64,000 nt of DNA from Tubiluchus corallicola (GCA_030141605.1 JAQGDQ010000204.1:248001-312000); one strand, 5' to 3'. Positions 12,266-27,555 are shown, counted from the stretch's first letter. A program made the numbers and translations. Notes: a model not told the origin generated them from the sequence alone.

Positions 12266-13359
12266 TTCTATAACGCGACTGATGACACTGTTTTGTCGAA
12301 TTTTGAGCTCTACAATAAATTTCCATAATATCATAAATTACATGTTTTCCATAATTATATTTTAATATTGTTAGCAGTGCAAACAAGCTAGTTTACAATT
12401 ATAAAACAAATACAGAAAAAGGCATTTATATGGAATTGAACAGTAACATCCATCATAGTGAGATTAGCGCAATATAGGTTTGGACTATTTCAAAAAGAAA
12501 AAAATATTTTTAGGTTTCCCTAAATGAATATATTTTCGCCAGTGCCTAACGGCATCATAAGGACATTAGGACAAGAAAAACAGTAAATTATAAAATAATA
12601 TTAAAACTTGGCAAAATCCGAAATGAGTTTAGTCAATTTTAATTAATTTATTTTTATTATTGACAGCATATAAAACAAGATTGTTTTTAAATGGGTTTTA
12701 AAAACGGAAGGTGATAGTGCTGACTTTACACATTGGTGTAACTGTTCGAAAGCTGGTAGTAACATAACTAATAATTATGCCAGCGTGATTCTCTGGTTTT
12801 GTGATATGCATTTCAATTCTGATGACCGCAGGCCTGCACGACTTGAACTGGATCCAGTTACCTTCAGGGATTGACATGGAGCTTTTCCTGTTTTCATGTC
12901 AATCTTTATAGTTGTTATAAGAGTAAGAAATTTATGACGTTCATTCTGCAGGAGAATCAACAGTTGAACGCAATCGGAAACTTGCAATTGTGTATACTGC
13001 TCTCCGGATTGACCAACTCAAGAACCTTAACCTTACCAAATATGTACATTCAATCGATACTTTTTCTGTCTTTTCTGTAAATTATTTCTTTTGAAAACTC
13101 GTATATTTTGTTTAGAGCAAAATTGTTAGTAAAAGCCTCCGATTTTAATGCCACAACAATAAATACTCAATTTGACAAATTTAGCTAGTTTAAGAAAACT
13201 TTTTTTTAGTAATACTGGAAATTCAGATTATCTAATTATCATTTTACGTATGAATAGCCAGTAAATTAAAAATGTAATGACAGGTAATTTTTTTTTAATT
13301 TGCAAATCCGTTTTGCATCTACTAGATTAGCGAGCAGAAACGATTGGGCCAAAAAATCT

Positions 13360-13876
13360 AAAACAGAATAAAATAGGGTGGAGTGGAGCAAAGCAGAGTT
13401 TAGCAAATCATAGCAGAGCAGAATAGAGTGCGGCACAGTAATTAGAACAGAACGAAATGGAACAGAATAGAACGGAATGGAACAGAACAAAACCGAGTGG
13501 AGTAAACTAGGGTACTGTAGGGTAGTGTAGGATACGGTAGGGTAGGGCACAATAGAATAGCATGGAATAGAAAAGAATAGAATAGAATAGAATAGAATAG
13601 AATAGAATAGAATAGAATAGAATAGAATAGAATAGAATAGAATAGAATAGAATAGAATAGAATAGAGTAGAGTAGAGTAGAGTAGAGTAGAGTAGAGTAG
13701 AGTAGAGTAGAGTAGAGTGTAGAGTAGAGTAGAGTAGAGTAGAGTAGAGTAGAGTAGAGTAGAGTAGAGTAGAGTAGAGTAGAGTAGAGTAGAGTAGAAT
13801 AGAATAGAATAGAATAGAATAGAATAGAATAGAATAGAATAGAATAGAATAGAATAGAATAGAATAGAATAGAATA
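13360..13876. repeat. Compound pentanucleotide microsatellite (AATAG/AGTAG with degenerate 5' part)
   Basis: Directly visible; explains ORFs 13266..13550 and 13442..13906. Confidence 0.97.
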
Positions 13877-13989
13877 CAACAGAAGAGAAATCAAATGTGG
13901 CTGCATAATGATACTGTTATAGAACTTCTAATTTCTTTTATTTAGCAAGTTCAACAGATAGCGTGTGCTTTATTTACAGAAGCAGAAAA

Positions 13990-15705
13990 ATGGAGAGCAA
14001 ATTAAAGACCCTTCTTCTACTGACTGTAAGTATGATTTTAGAATCAATTCGTTATTATAATTTACGGTTCCGCGTTTTCCAACTCTTTTCGGCCAATTTC
14101 TTTTTATACAAAAATAAAAAAACTTGATATGGATGAAATATCATTTAAAATGAACTGCGCTAAGCAAGACACTACGCTGAATTCTTGTACATTATTAATG
14201 ATTTACGGATGATAAATCATGTGTATATACGCAACGATCACATGCAGAAAGCCCAAATAAAAAACTTGAAGTCTTCTGTTGGCAAATAGACATTGACAAC
14301 ACGTCTTGGATAATAATTGTTATTATGCAAACAATGTTAAGGGAAAGGCGTAGTTCGGGTCACTAATGTAGAAAGTATTGTCTGTAAGGTTCCCTCGAAT
14401 TGCCAACAAGAGCTGTCCCAAAAATATTGAAAAATACTCAAGAATTTTCTAAAGTCAAGAAGGGCTTGACTACTAATAAAAGCTTATGAATGTTTATTCT
14501 TTCTCCTTAGGTGAGCTCCTATTTTTGCAAAACTCTCAAAGGTTCCAAAAGTATCTCTAGATGCTGCTTTGTGTAAATTTTCGCAATATTCAAATGTTTC
14601 CGATATTAAAAACAGGCCCTGCGCAAAATTCGGTGCTCACAGAAGGCAGAATAGAAATCGACAATATTATAGACAAGTTTGCCCGGGTCAACACTAAGGC
14701 ACAATTTATGTAGACCAATTTCAACTTTGTGCATGCGTTACTTGTTGCCTTATTTCTATTTTGGTGCATCTAACATAATTTTGTAAACAATTTCCTGCAA
14801 TAATGAAGTTTGAAATCGCTTTTCATTTAATCATTTTTTGTGTTTTATAATAATTTCATTACTTCAAAATGAAAGTATTTTTTACAAAATAAAAAATGGG
14901 GTCGAAATGGGGCCTTGTATTCAATTTGTCCAAAGGCCCGTCAGCCTAGTTGTTACGCCATTGTTGATAATAACCAAAAGAGGTCTGCGCTGAAAAAAAG
15001 AAATATCCCTATATATTGATAATGTGTGAATAATGTTGTACTAAAATTATCATCATCATCTTCTTTCTCTGCATTATCATCATCACTCATCATCATCGTC
15101 ATCATCATTGTTATACGCCAGCCATTATTTAAGCAAAGATATATTTCTTGCAGATAGTTTTCTTCTGTTTTGAAGTCCGCAAAATTAATGTCCAGGGTTA
15201 TACTCTTCTTCGAAATGGAGGTGTTAATATTGGCTACCGACCTGGGATTGTATTGGGTGGCAACTTTGGACATGGCAGGCTTGGTGGATTTGCTGAGTAT
15301 GGTCACCGTTATGGAGTTCGTGGTCCTGGAAAGTTTGGGGGACTTGGTCAGCAAGGCTGTATTAATCTCGGCCGTTATGGTAGCTACGACGGATTTGTAG
15401 TCAGAGGTTTTTACGGCGGATATAGCAATACTGCTAACAATGCTAACGGACCTGTTATTATATTCTGCAATGACGGAAATGTTGTGGGTGGTTTTAGTAA
15501 CTTGGGTGGCGGCTTTTTAAGTAGTGGTACATGTTATCTTATTGGTACAGGCGGCCCAACTTGGACCGGTCTTTGCAGTGTTAGCTATTCTCTCGTACAT
15601 AATAGACAAGATCAGTATAACATAGACGGAACTCTCTGCAATGGATTTCGTTGTTTCCAATTTAATTATGGCGGTAATCCCTTAGCAAGACCGCAATTTG
15701 GTTAA
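13990..15705 (+). CDS. Secreted Gly/Tyr-rich protein with six-cysteine C-terminal region, paralog A (195 aa, family unassigned)
   Basis: Exon 13990-14025 (MESKLKTLLLLT, GTAAGT donor) spliced in phase 0 to 15154-15705 (ttcttgcag acceptor); the joined N-terminus is signal-peptide-like; same structure and cysteine order as paralog B. Confidence 0.85.
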
Positions 15706-17689
15706 CGGATTTTAAATTTGTCATCGATTGAAAATGCGCTTACTAACTAAAAAATTCGTGCAGAGTTTGGATGCTAGAGAAAGTTGACAAGCTGTCATGG
15801 CATTTTGTGTATTGACCACTTGAATAATTTAAGACTTTGTAGTTACTAAATTAATATACTGAACACTTATATATGAACGGTGTTTTATGAAAAATTATTA
15901 CACAGGTCCAGTAATTGTTAGTAAACAAGCGGCGCAATTATGTAATGACAATGAAAGATTTTTGCTTTTTGTACTTACACGAAAAATTTATAAGACAGTA
16001 ATTTATAGCAATCTATTTAATTAATTTGAAGCCCTTCTGGCTGGCGCAAAGTATGATGTTGACTACGCCTCTAGTTGTTTCGTGATGCACTTGTTTAAAA
16101 TGAAATCAATTACTTCCAAATGCGGAACATCTTGTATAATTCTCAAACATTCCTTAAAACTTACGTTCGTAAAATAACTTGTGAAGACTCACTTATGTTT
16201 AGTTAGCATGTAGTAACTCTTAATTGGACTGTACCTAAAAAGTAGCTGGTAAAATTTGTAGCCAACGTTTAATTTAGTTTTTATCTATGGCTATTAGAAT
16301 TACAATGTTTATCTTTTGCGTTTTTCATTAAAAACAACACAAAATAAACGATCAATATCTGATACAAAATGTGACAACATGTAAGTAAATGCTTCATTTT
16401 TGTGCGTCTTGTTAGTTGTTTTCTTTTTCTTATTTTATATTACACTTTTCAACTAAGTTTTAACTAATACACAGAGTTCTGAAAGAAGCAGTGAAGTACT
16501 ACTATGACAAATATGAAAACCTGAATTTTTGCAATGTCACATCATTGTTACGTAAAATTTTTACATTTTCATTCCAACTTTCATGCTTATAACCACACTT
16601 ATAGGACTTCGCATAGGGCATATTGGTATACTTATAGCATTCGCTGCTGCACTGCTCTTTTGGAACACCCAATACATTCGCACTAATATAAAATGCACAA
16701 ATAATAACTCATTGCACTCAAATAAACAATATTGTAATATTATATAAACAACTCAAATGAATACGTTCAAGTTGTTCGAGATACACCAGAAATTAAAAGA
16801 ATAATGTATAAAAGTCTGTCGTGAATAAAGTTGGCAAACTGGATTTGCTGAGTGTATAGTAAAAATAACTTATAAATAACAATGTGAATGATGAAGTGTT
16901 CATGAATAGATATTACTCAACCAGTTGCGTTTGCCAATGATACAGACAGATCATACAAGTGAAAGTTTGCTCTGGACAACTTCGATAACTTCCATCACGA
17001 GCAAAATAGCGAAGTTATGGCTTTAAAACTCGATGATTTATGGTCAGTTATTTCATGTTCAGAACCACACATTACTGAAAAAGTAAGTAAAACTTATCAT
17101 TACAGTTCTTGGTTACAAAGAAAAAAATGATGCCACGAACTGTATAACCAATAGAGTATTATCTACGAGCATCGCAGATCTAAGAAAACCTATACGCTGA
17201 TTTTGTGTCTATAGTGTTATCCATGTTAGGCAATGAGTTTTCTTAGTCTTCCACGTTATATTTAATTTACGTTAACTCGTAAACGCAAGCGTGCACACTG
17301 TTCACACCACAAGCGTAAGAATCTACTGTTTTGACGTAAGTAAACCACACTGAACCGGGCATAGTCAAGCAACAAATACGGTCTTGCTCGCGGATTAGGA
17401 TCTGAATTCAAACAATCTTGTTTTAGGTTAAAGGAATAACTGCTTGCAAAAATTTGGTGCCATCACCTGCCGTGTTATGTATAGATCTTGTTACGCTGGT
17501 CAGTACGAAAACGTAAGAAGAATACAACTGAACCCATTGTCTTTAATTGTTTTGAAACTGTATTTTATTTTTAGTGTTGCTTATTTTTCTTTATTGAACT
17601 GGTCACTGCGCATATAAATGCTAAAAAATAAAAAAGTGACGGCATCATTTTGTTGATGTCGTTATAGTTAACGTGTTGTCGTTATCGTT

Positions 17690-17935
<246 letters not shown>

Positions 17936-19627
17936 CTTGTCGATGATTGTTTTGTAATTTTGAATACACTACCGGAATTGTAGCACCACAGTACACAGCA
18001 ACATAATAAAGCCATTTACAATAAAAATTATAGCAAATGTAATAATTAGGAAAGAAATTGATTGATAATTAATACTGCTTCTATACATCATTTCCTTTTC
18101 CTGCTGTGTGATACACCTCTATACATATAGCATGCAGCAAAATTTATAAAGCTGTTCCTGAGAAAAAGCACTAATCTATTATTGCAGGGCACAATGTATT
18201 ACAAAGTTATTACATCGCAGGATAAATTACGATTTAAATATATTAACTCTAATCTAAATGACAATCTACATGTTCAATATTTATACAGCTACAAATAGTG
18301 GATTTTGGTGTATAAGCGCCTGGAAATTTTACCTTTCTGAGCATCTCGAAAACGGACTGGTATGGCATTCGTTTTGCTCTTCCCCAGCACTGTGCTGCTT
18401 CTACTTTGGTAATGTTTCAGTAATTGATATGATATACTATAGTTTCCTTTTCGTCTAAAGTTTGCAATGCCCGCACAAAAGAAATTATTTTTTGAAGATG
18501 ATTAATAACTGCGTAGTTTGATTTGTACATAAACAGGGAGAAGAGGGAGAGAAAGAAACGGTGAGGCAGATAGAGAGAAAGATTATTTGGTCGATAGGTT
18601 GACAGTTTGCAAATAGAGAAGCAACGAAAAAGACTGAGAAAGAGAGAGAGAGAATGAAAAAAGGGAGAGCAAGAATGACAGACAAAAATATCAAAGTAAT
18701 AAACCTTTACCAGTTTATGACGCTTTACTATATGACGCTTTCAAAATCGGTTGTTCCTGTCGTAATATTTTGAACTTACTCAGTTTTAAAATAAGACCAG
18801 CTGAACTTTGTGTCTGCTCGCTTTTATAGTACGTTTACATTGATATTGTAACCTGGTCACAGAAAACATAGTTTTACAGGAAAACAATCAACTATAAGCG
18901 TTTTGCACGGCATTGACTACATGCACTTTAATCCCTAATTAGTGTAACCTCGTGAATTCTAATGTAATGGATTTATGTTTAACTTCTCTAAGATAACTCC
19001 TTTTTTCGTTGCCGCTGTTCATAAATATTATGCGAGCGTGATTCTGCGGTTTTGTGGCATGCATTTCAATTCACATTACTTCCGGCGTTCACGACTTTGA
19101 ATTCGATCTAGGCTCCAGTTAGACTGCTAGCGGCTACCAAAGGAATTTTTCTGAATTTTTTATCATCTTGTCTTTCCTAACCAGGGTTCTTGAGACGCGA
19201 AATTAAAACTGAATCACGTGATGAAATCATTTTTATTTAAGCGCGCTTCGACTAGTGAAGCCTCAAACTGATTACCTCGCTTTGGAATTAGCGTATCAGC
19301 TATCTTACAGGTACTAGAATTTTTCTAATTATAAATATCTTCTATTATGTTCCTTGCTTTTAATAAGATAAACTTATTTTTACTTCACATTATACTTTTT
19401 TAGCTTAGTTTTACTTTTTAAAAATCTTTATTGTTAAATTATAAAAAAAAAATTTGCACTGAGCTACAATAGATGCACTTCCGCTGTGCAACTAGCTAAA
19501 TCACATCTTGGAGTTTTATTTGTTAAGCTATACACTATTTGGTTCTCTAAGATTACAAAAGTAGGGTGTGCTGTTCATTTTGTTAAAGAAAAACCAGGAA
19601 TGGAAAAGAAACAAACTTGAATTGCAT

Positions 19628-20158
19628 GTAATAATATAATATAATATAATATAATGTAATGTAATGTAATGTAATGTAATGTAATGTAATGTAATGTAAT
19701 AATGTAATGTAATGTAATGTAATATATTATAATGTAATATAATATAATATAACATAATGTAATATAATATAATATAATATAACATAATATAATATAATAT
19801 AATATAATATAATATAATATAATATAATATAATATAATATAATATAATATAATATAATATAATATAATATAATGTAATGTAATGTAATGTAATGTAATGT
19901 AATGTAACGTAATGTAACGTAATGTAACGTAATATAACGTAACATAACGTAACATAACGTAACATAACATAACATAACATAACATAACATAATATATAGT
20001 AATGTAATGTAATGTAATGTAATGTAATGTGATGTAATGTAATGTAATGTAATGTAATGTAATGTAATGTAATGTAATGTAATGTAATGTAATGTAATGT
20101 AACGCAACGTAACGTAACGTAACGTAACGTAACATAAATTAACATAATATAAAATATA
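19628..20158. repeat. Compound pentanucleotide microsatellite (AATAT/AATGT/AACGT/AACAT)
   Basis: Directly visible. Confidence 0.97.
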
Positions 20159-20583
20159 AACTCGGCTTTAAATCAAAGTCAGTGTTTTGTTCCTCGCTGA
20201 AAGCAGCTTGTCTTAACAAAATGAAGTTGTTATACTGAGAATTTGAGAATGCCGGGCTGTTCTTCTTCTACCATTTTTGTAATCCTCGTCACCAGTTTCA
20301 AGTCATTTATTTCAGTAGACATTTCAGTACTTGGATGCTATATGTGTTATCAAGTCACTTAAATTTTCAATTCTCCTTTTATTTATTGATAGTTTTGTTT
20401 TCCATTGTTTTGCTGGTTCAGTGAAAATAGAGATCACGTGGTTCTAGTTTCGAATCCTAGCCGTTTCGCATTTTTTCAATTCGCCTTCATCTGTTTATAT
20501 TTGACTGTTGTTTAAATCGCTCAAATGTAAAAAAATCCTTGCATGTAAAACATGAACTTTACATTGTTTACAGAAGCAGAAAA

Positions 20584-22262
20584 ATGGAACAGAAGGTGAC
20601 ACTTGTTCTATTCAGCGTGAGTACTGCTTTACCATCCGTAATCTCTTAAAAGTGTCGTCGTCGTCATCATCATCATCATCGTTGTCATCGTCGTCATCAC
20701 CATCATCATCGTCGTCGTCGTCGTCGTCGTCGTCATCATCATCGTCTCATCATCATCATCACCATATCACCATCTTCATCATTATTATTACTTACCTTCG
20801 TTGGCATTACTGCGCTCAACCTCATTATAATTGTTATCACAGTCACCATCGCCACCGTCATCTATCATCACTACTAGCATCACCATCACAGTTTTCATTA
20901 TCATCATTATTATCACCAGCATTGTAAGACCATTATCATAATTGTCATCAGCATCACCGTTATCATAATCATTATCATCATCATCATCATCATTATCGGT
21001 GTCGTTTTCGTCGGTATCGTCATCATGTTATTGCATTTTCTTTGACATTGACTGCTGCAGTTAGTATCGCAGTGTTGCACTAAATACTCAAGTAGGAACA
21101 CTATTATCGTTATCATCAACAGCATCATCGCCGTCATTGTTTTGATCGTCATTCCTGCATAAGTCGAATATCAACACAATTTCTTGACATAAAAAACATT
21201 TTCTGGGTTGAAAACGATTTATCGCTCAGTTCCTGTATAATTTTGTCTAACTATATGAAACCTATACAGTGAATTTTTTAATAGATGTAACATAAAAACA
21301 CTCTAAATTCTCCTGTAAAACCCAATAAGGCTCTTTATACCAAGTCAAACTAAACTATTATTCTTTTGTCAAGTCAATTATTCTTTGGTCATAATTATAG
21401 TGAAGACTCAAATGGTTAAGCTCAATGAAATTTTATTACGGCGAATTAAAAATAACAATTGCATTAGAACAGTTGATTTTTAGAGTTTAAGGTTTATTTC
21501 AGGTCTGTGAAGAGAACAGTTGCTCTTAAAATGCTAGTCCAATAAAATTTATTAGTTCGACATTATTGTTGTGTCTTTAAATATTTGAATTACCACTCTT
21601 GAAAAAACTTTTTCTTGCAGTTGATGTTTTTTCATATTGGATTAGAGATGGTAAACGCCCAGCTTCTGTATTCTTATACATCTGATCCTCGCTGGCTTAA
21701 CAGTTTCAACCAAATTGTTTACGGGCCAAATGGCCTTTATGGACGTTACGGAGGTCTCGACAGGTACTTGAACGCAAGAACCCACATTGGTGGATACGGT
21801 GCAGGTTATGGATTTGCGAGACTTGGCTTAACTGGCAATCGTAGCAGTGGGTACCGTAAATATTTCCGTTTTGGCTATCCTGGCGGTTGCGTTGATCTGG
21901 GTCGGTTTGGTCCTAGCTACGATGGATTGAATAACGTCAAAAACCTCAATGCAGTCGTTCATAGTAACTTCTATTACGGAACCAACGTCAGGCTTCATAC
22001 TAGCCCTAAAATTCCCACGCTTGACCAAGGAATACCCAACATCAAATTTTGCAGTGAGGACAGTGCTCCAGGTGGGATCATCAGTGCAGGGGGTGGATAC
22101 GATTTCACAGGAAAGTGTTACGTTGGGGGCGTTGACAGTATTCGTCTTTCGGGGCCATGTAGTGTTTCATATCATGTTGGAATTCTTGGAAATGAATACC
22201 TCAGTGTGGCAGGAACGCTCTGTGATAATGGAAATCGCTGTTTTGGGTTTCAATACACGTAA
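20584..22262 (+). CDS. Secreted Gly/Tyr-rich protein with six-cysteine C-terminal region, paralog B (224 aa, family unassigned)
   Basis: Exon 20584-20616 (MEQKVTLVLFS, GTGAGT donor) spliced in phase 0 to 21621-22262; signal peptide probably ends VNA|Q; shares the leader tttacagaagcagaaaaatgga with paralog A; AATAAA at 22893. Confidence 0.85.
20655..21152. repeat. Degenerate (CAT/CGT)n microsatellite in the intron of paralog B
   Basis: Directly visible. Confidence 0.9.
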
Positions 22263-22637
22263 TTGATTTAAATATTAATATAGAAAGACGCACAATTAAT
22301 TTGAATTTGAAACCAAATTTTGAAAAGCAGTAAAAGCTGTATTTGAAAAGTAACCTTCGTCTTTCAAGACCGACAATCAATACTGGTCAAAAGTTCGTCC
22401 TTTAAAGCTCGCCAGCCAGTATCAGCATTTTCAACGCTAGATCGCTCCCGCTCGAATGATTCTAACTAATCAGATTAATTCTCAACCTTATACACTGGAA
22501 ATTCAGGTTCACAATTTGTCAAAATTAAAATTAATCTAATTCGTTAGAATGACTGTAGCGTAAGCGATCTAGCATTGGATATGATGAAATTCGCTGGCTT
22601 GTTATAAAGGATGAACTTTGGATTGTCATGAAAGCTG

Positions 22638-22752
22638 TGGAACACGTAGTGAGTTCTAGTGTAACCCGAAGGCCCTGGTTTAAATCCAGGCTGCATTCTA
22701 ACTTTCCACATTTCCTGTTTTTCAAAGTTTGGTTTCAAAATTAAATTAATTG
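22638..22752 (+). mobile_element. Decayed tRNA-derived SINE copy
   Basis: B-box-like ggtttaaatccaggctg followed by a body ending tttggtttcaaaattaaatta, matching the copy at 57115-57245. Confidence 0.5.
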
Positions 22753-24354
22753 TCAATTGTTCCATTATATAACTGAATTATTAATGGCAGGAAAAACACT
22801 TTGTTAACTTTGGTTAGCTGGATTTATTTTAAGTTAATAATAAGTGCCTAGATGGTATTGTAGTTAATGGTTTTATAGCATGTATGTAGATAAATAAAGT
22901 TTAAAAATTTATATTATCTGTATAAGCAAAAGCGTGAGTGTATTAGATCTATTCTCGATTTCATTTCCGCAATAATGCAACACGTTAAGAAGCGAGCTTT
23001 GCACAGGTATTTTTATCAACTAAAATCTTCTGTGTTATAATAGATTATACCTTTTGAAGCAGAACCTTTTATAGTAAAACGACCTTAATTTTGCAGATAA
23101 AATGATAACAAAGTGAAAACTTTTGTGAAAGTAAAGGTGTGAAAGTAGATAATTATAATGAATATATTTAATTGCAATAAAGCATGCATAAAATAAACGG
23201 CATTAGTAACTACAGTAAATTTTTAAAATGACTCTACTTTAATAAGGAATAAAAATTTCCACCTATTAAAATTTAAGTTCTTTACATTTTTTTAAAATCA
23301 AAGGTATATAAATGTATAAAAGACATTATTTGCATGTCATATTTACGCAAACAGGACTGTATACATGAATACTTTTAATGTAATTTTTGTTATACTGTAC
23401 TGCACATTACTACGGTGAGTATACAATTTGGTCTAATAAAATTAATTGACTGTTTGTTTCTGTTCGTCATTTGCAAATTAACTAGTTAAAGCCAGCTTTA
23501 ATTGAAATTTGTCCAGCCTTCTAACTGCTTTGTTCTTCTCAACTACATGACTGGACCCATTCCACGAATCCAAGGGGGCCTAGTAGAATAGTGTGTTAGT
23601 GACCATTCCTGTCACGCATTGTCACCGTTGTTGCCCGTTGCCCCGAAAAAATTCACAGTAACTCGCAAACGCTCATTGCTAGAGTCATAAAACTTGCAGA
23701 CCAGACACTTGGGCTGGGGCCTTGGTTATAACGTGATTTTCGACACTGTCTTAGAGGTGCACTTCAGAGCATAAACGTACCACGCGTACAAAAATCTGGG
23801 CCTAGAAGTTAGGTCCGGGAATATGGCAAACCGTGGACCTATTGCGAAATCTAATTATCTCATCTTCCATTACTACGAACGTGGGACACTGCATGTCACG
23901 TATCAAGAAGAGACAGTACTGCGTCAGATAATTTACATAATTCACTCACTTTCCATTTGTAACTTCATTTGCATTCCCGAGGTGAGAAACACCCTGTGCA
24001 TCATTGAACGTAATAAAAACAATAAATTTCACGTTTAACGTTTATGACCAGGCCTAAGGCTTTATTTTAATCACGAAATAAAAAACTTAATCCTAGAAAT
24101 CTCCTAACTGGTTTTCTAAAGTTTTTAAAGCAGCGTAACCAACATGCCACTCAATATTAAATTACTTACTGCGTTTACAAGACAACGCTGAGTGAACACT
24201 TAACTATTTAGCCTATATATATATCTGCATTAGGTACAGCTTAATTATAGTCTTACTACGTGCTCGATAGTTATTTACTATTGTGTTTTCAACGTGCCAG
24301 GTAATAAAGGTAAGAAGTTGCAAAATCTTGCATATTAACAGCATTGAAATTTCT

Positions 24355-24880
24355 TATTATTATTATTATAGTTATTCCTGGAAGGGCAGCTGTATAAGGC
24401 AGCGAGTTCAATCTGTCAGTCTGTCCGTTAGCCATCTTGTCGCGGATCTTGAAAATGGCGACCATACTGAAAAGTTTCCTAAATTCTTTACCTTTAAATC
24501 TAGACACTAAAATCATGATCCTATCTTAAAATCATCTTCCTTCCGCCTTAGAACATGCAATAGAGCTAATATATTAATTACACTTGTAAGCGACTGCAAG
24601 CCATGTTGAAATTCTAACTAAGGTGATGTCACAGATGGTTTTAAGTATCAGATGTGGATTCCTTGATTTTGGAAATCTATATTTGGGCACCAAAAATCAG
24701 CATCTTATTTGCCCTTACAGGTAAGATTTGGCCTTTGTAGGCTAGCAACAGCCATCTTGCGGCCATCTTGAAAATAGCGACCATTGGAGGATTTTCATCT
24801 GACCAATATCGAAAATTAAACAATTTTATGGTTTCTGGCATTGTGTGAAGTTTCATAAATTTTGTGCAAAATTGGCAATT
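24355..24880. mobile_element. Non-autonomous interspersed repeat with gccatcttg subrepeats (Helentron/HINE-like)
   Basis: gccatcttg..atcttgaaaat(g/a)gcgaccat occurs near 24431-24465 and again near 24751-24785; ctgtcagtctgtccgt microsatellite near one end. Confidence 0.35.
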
Positions 24881-26523
24881 ATTTCACCATTGTGTTGAAT
24901 TATACCAGGTACAAGTTGTCAAAGTATTGAGTAAAACGGAACTTTATTAATGTGTACAGTTACTGTTACTATTTTTCAGTGAGTTTTACGCTTAATTGTT
25001 TTTGTGCGCACTAGAAAGCGACTACCGCTCAAATTATTGAAGTAAACCTGTAATCTAAAACGGCGTTTACCAGACGTTATTGCATTATCCTGTATGCGTT
25101 ATTTCGTTATTCATTCTGCAACTATTCTTGTGAGATGGTTTATAAGCAGCAATAAGCTAATAACGCATTCTAGATATCTTGTAAACACCGCTTAGTGCAT
25201 TCCGGATGTTGTTTAGTGCATTCTAAAAGTTGTTTAATTTTGGAAAAATCCTAATTGCATTTGAAATTTAAAATTCAGTGAGAGACGTCAGGTGGTATTG
25301 TTTTGGTCGGTAATGTTGTTATATTGTACGTATAATGAATTATAATTGTTAGTATTAAATCAGATTCATCGTAACTATATGTTTTCTAAATGTTTGACTA
25401 CTGGTAAAGCTTGTAGCTCGATAATAATATTTCCACTCAACTCATTTTAGCAGGCCCGGTCACATAACAATTAACACAATGTCAACTCCTTAAAGATGCG
25501 ATGTATACTTCAGAAAACAGTAGAACCAATTTTTACTATTTTCCAATTGCCAAGATTACAAATTAGCATTACTCATGTCGAATCAACGGCTCTCGAAAAA
25601 CTTTACATTTCCGTAGTTTGTTTATCAACAGTTTTACTACAGTTTTTGCTCTTCTGCTTTTATTTACTACAGTATTTTATTCATTTATTCATTTAACCAT
25701 TTACTCATTATTTTTGTTTATTTGGATAGAAAAAAGGTGATGTTTTGTGAACGCAGGATGAGCGCCCTAAGTAAAAAGTAAGTACCTATTGCTATATGCT
25801 AGATTCCAAATAAAGGTATATGTTATTTTATTCGTGGCAAAGTAATATTAGTCAAGTATCAACTAAAATAAAAAACAAGTTTAACTTGAGGGACCCATTG
25901 AACTTGAAATCATGGATGAAAAATCTGGATACAATAATTTAGAGGCCATTTTAAATAACACTGTAGAGGAAACCGTGGCTGGATGCAACAGGGATAAGCT
26001 GAAATAGCCTTTATATATCCATTAATATTGCTTAAGGGTTCATGGGAAGACTAGGTAACAATCACCTTTGGGCAGCCTTTCTGCTACATGCATGTCGGTG
26101 ATGACGAATTTAGTGTAGCAGAGAACTGAGCACGAGGAATTTTAACACCTGAAAGTAATTTTTTGCTTTTTTAGAATATTTGAGATACTAATCAAAGTTC
26201 GCTATTTTTTAAAGTTTTATTAAGTATTGACCTTCCACTACCCTATGGTATAGCAAGTTTTTTAAAACACAGGCATATCTTTAAAATTATGGAATATTAG
26301 TACAAAAGTTCTCTTGGGGCTAGTTGAAACGTTATTATTTAATATAGCCATTTTATACATGCTGATAATTATACATGCCGCGATTCTGATGGTTTCAGTT
26401 ACTAATCCATCACTTATCAGCAATTTCCATTAATTTTGATCAACATTTGTTTAGACAATAAGTATAGAAATACGTTAGTGTTGCGATAATAGCTGTAACT
26501 AATAGCGTGATTAGGTTACTAAC

Positions 26524-27110
26524 ATACAAAGAGTTGGTCTGGCAGATTTCCCCCCAGAAGCCTCTTACCCCAGCAACTACTCTGTCTACGCTACCAAGTC
26601 TACCTGTCGCCTAGCAGCTATTGGTTATAGCCGTTACGCCACACTAATTTAATTCCGTATAATAATTATAAAAAATGGTTTGTAAATTATTTAATAAAAC
26701 GTACGTTAATAATTGATTCGACAATTTAGTTAATTCTAATTAATTCATAATTATTTAAAAATAATAAATAAATTCTAACCCAATTATGCTATAAAATTTC
26801 ATGACTGAAACTGATATTATGGCCACCATTTTGAATTCAAACTTAAATGGCGTATCGAAAATTTAATTCATTCGTGAATTGGTGGAACATTAAGTTTAGA
26901 CTTTTTTTCAGAAATGATATTATTGCCGTCACCTTGAATCAAAAATGTCTGATCGAAAATTTGGTATATCAGTCGATGCGGAATTTGTTTTGATACATTC
27001 CCATAAAGTTTTATCACGATCCATGGCAAATTCAAGGAGACGTTAGCTTTTCTCAGAAAGTCACCCCAACAGCATCCAGATGATTAGGGTCGAGTCCCTC
27101 GACCAACAAT
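26524..27110 (+). mobile_element. Non-autonomous Helentron/HINE-like element
   Basis: 5' gttggtc complementary to 3' gaccaac; terminal hairpin ggtcgag-tcc-ctcgacc; internal gccaccattttgaa..atcgaaaat subrepeats similar to those at 32740-33250. Confidence 0.4.
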
Positions 27111-27445
27111 CTGTTGTTTGATTTTGCATTGTGGGATAAAATATGACTAGCTGGCGAAATATAGCAACGCTGTGCCAACAATGCTATGCACGCTCAGTCA
27201 TTGGTAATCGTAATCGTAATCCAGTATGTGAACAAACTGTCAAAAGTCAAAACGTGAATAACCACTGTAACTATGTACACAGAGCAAAGTAAATTCTGCA
27301 AAGTTTGGAAAATTCCACTGAGCTGTTACTCAGAATACAAACTCACAAACGTGCCTGAACTTGGGCAGGTAGTTTTCGTTTTCCTGTTGTAATACAGTTG
27401 CTTCCTGGGTTTATTGCACAGAGAGAATACTATTGACATAAGCTC

Positions 27446-27453
27446 TATAAAAG
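27446..27453 (+). promoter_or_regulatory. TATA box of cPLA2 paralog 1
   Basis: TATAAAAG 110 bp upstream of the ATG at 27556. Confidence 0.55.
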
Positions 27454-27555
27454 GCAGCCGTAGATGTATACCATGATTAGTGAAACTGCATGACTCTTGT
27501 TAAATAATTTTTGGTGCTTCCTATTGTCCTTGTGTGTGACTGGTAGCTTAAGAAA

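Noticed and set aside
14343-14961. Possible hAT-like MITE in the intron of paralog A
   Set aside because: The right end (gttacgccattg) looks like a TIR, but the left match is partial and I found no target-site duplication.
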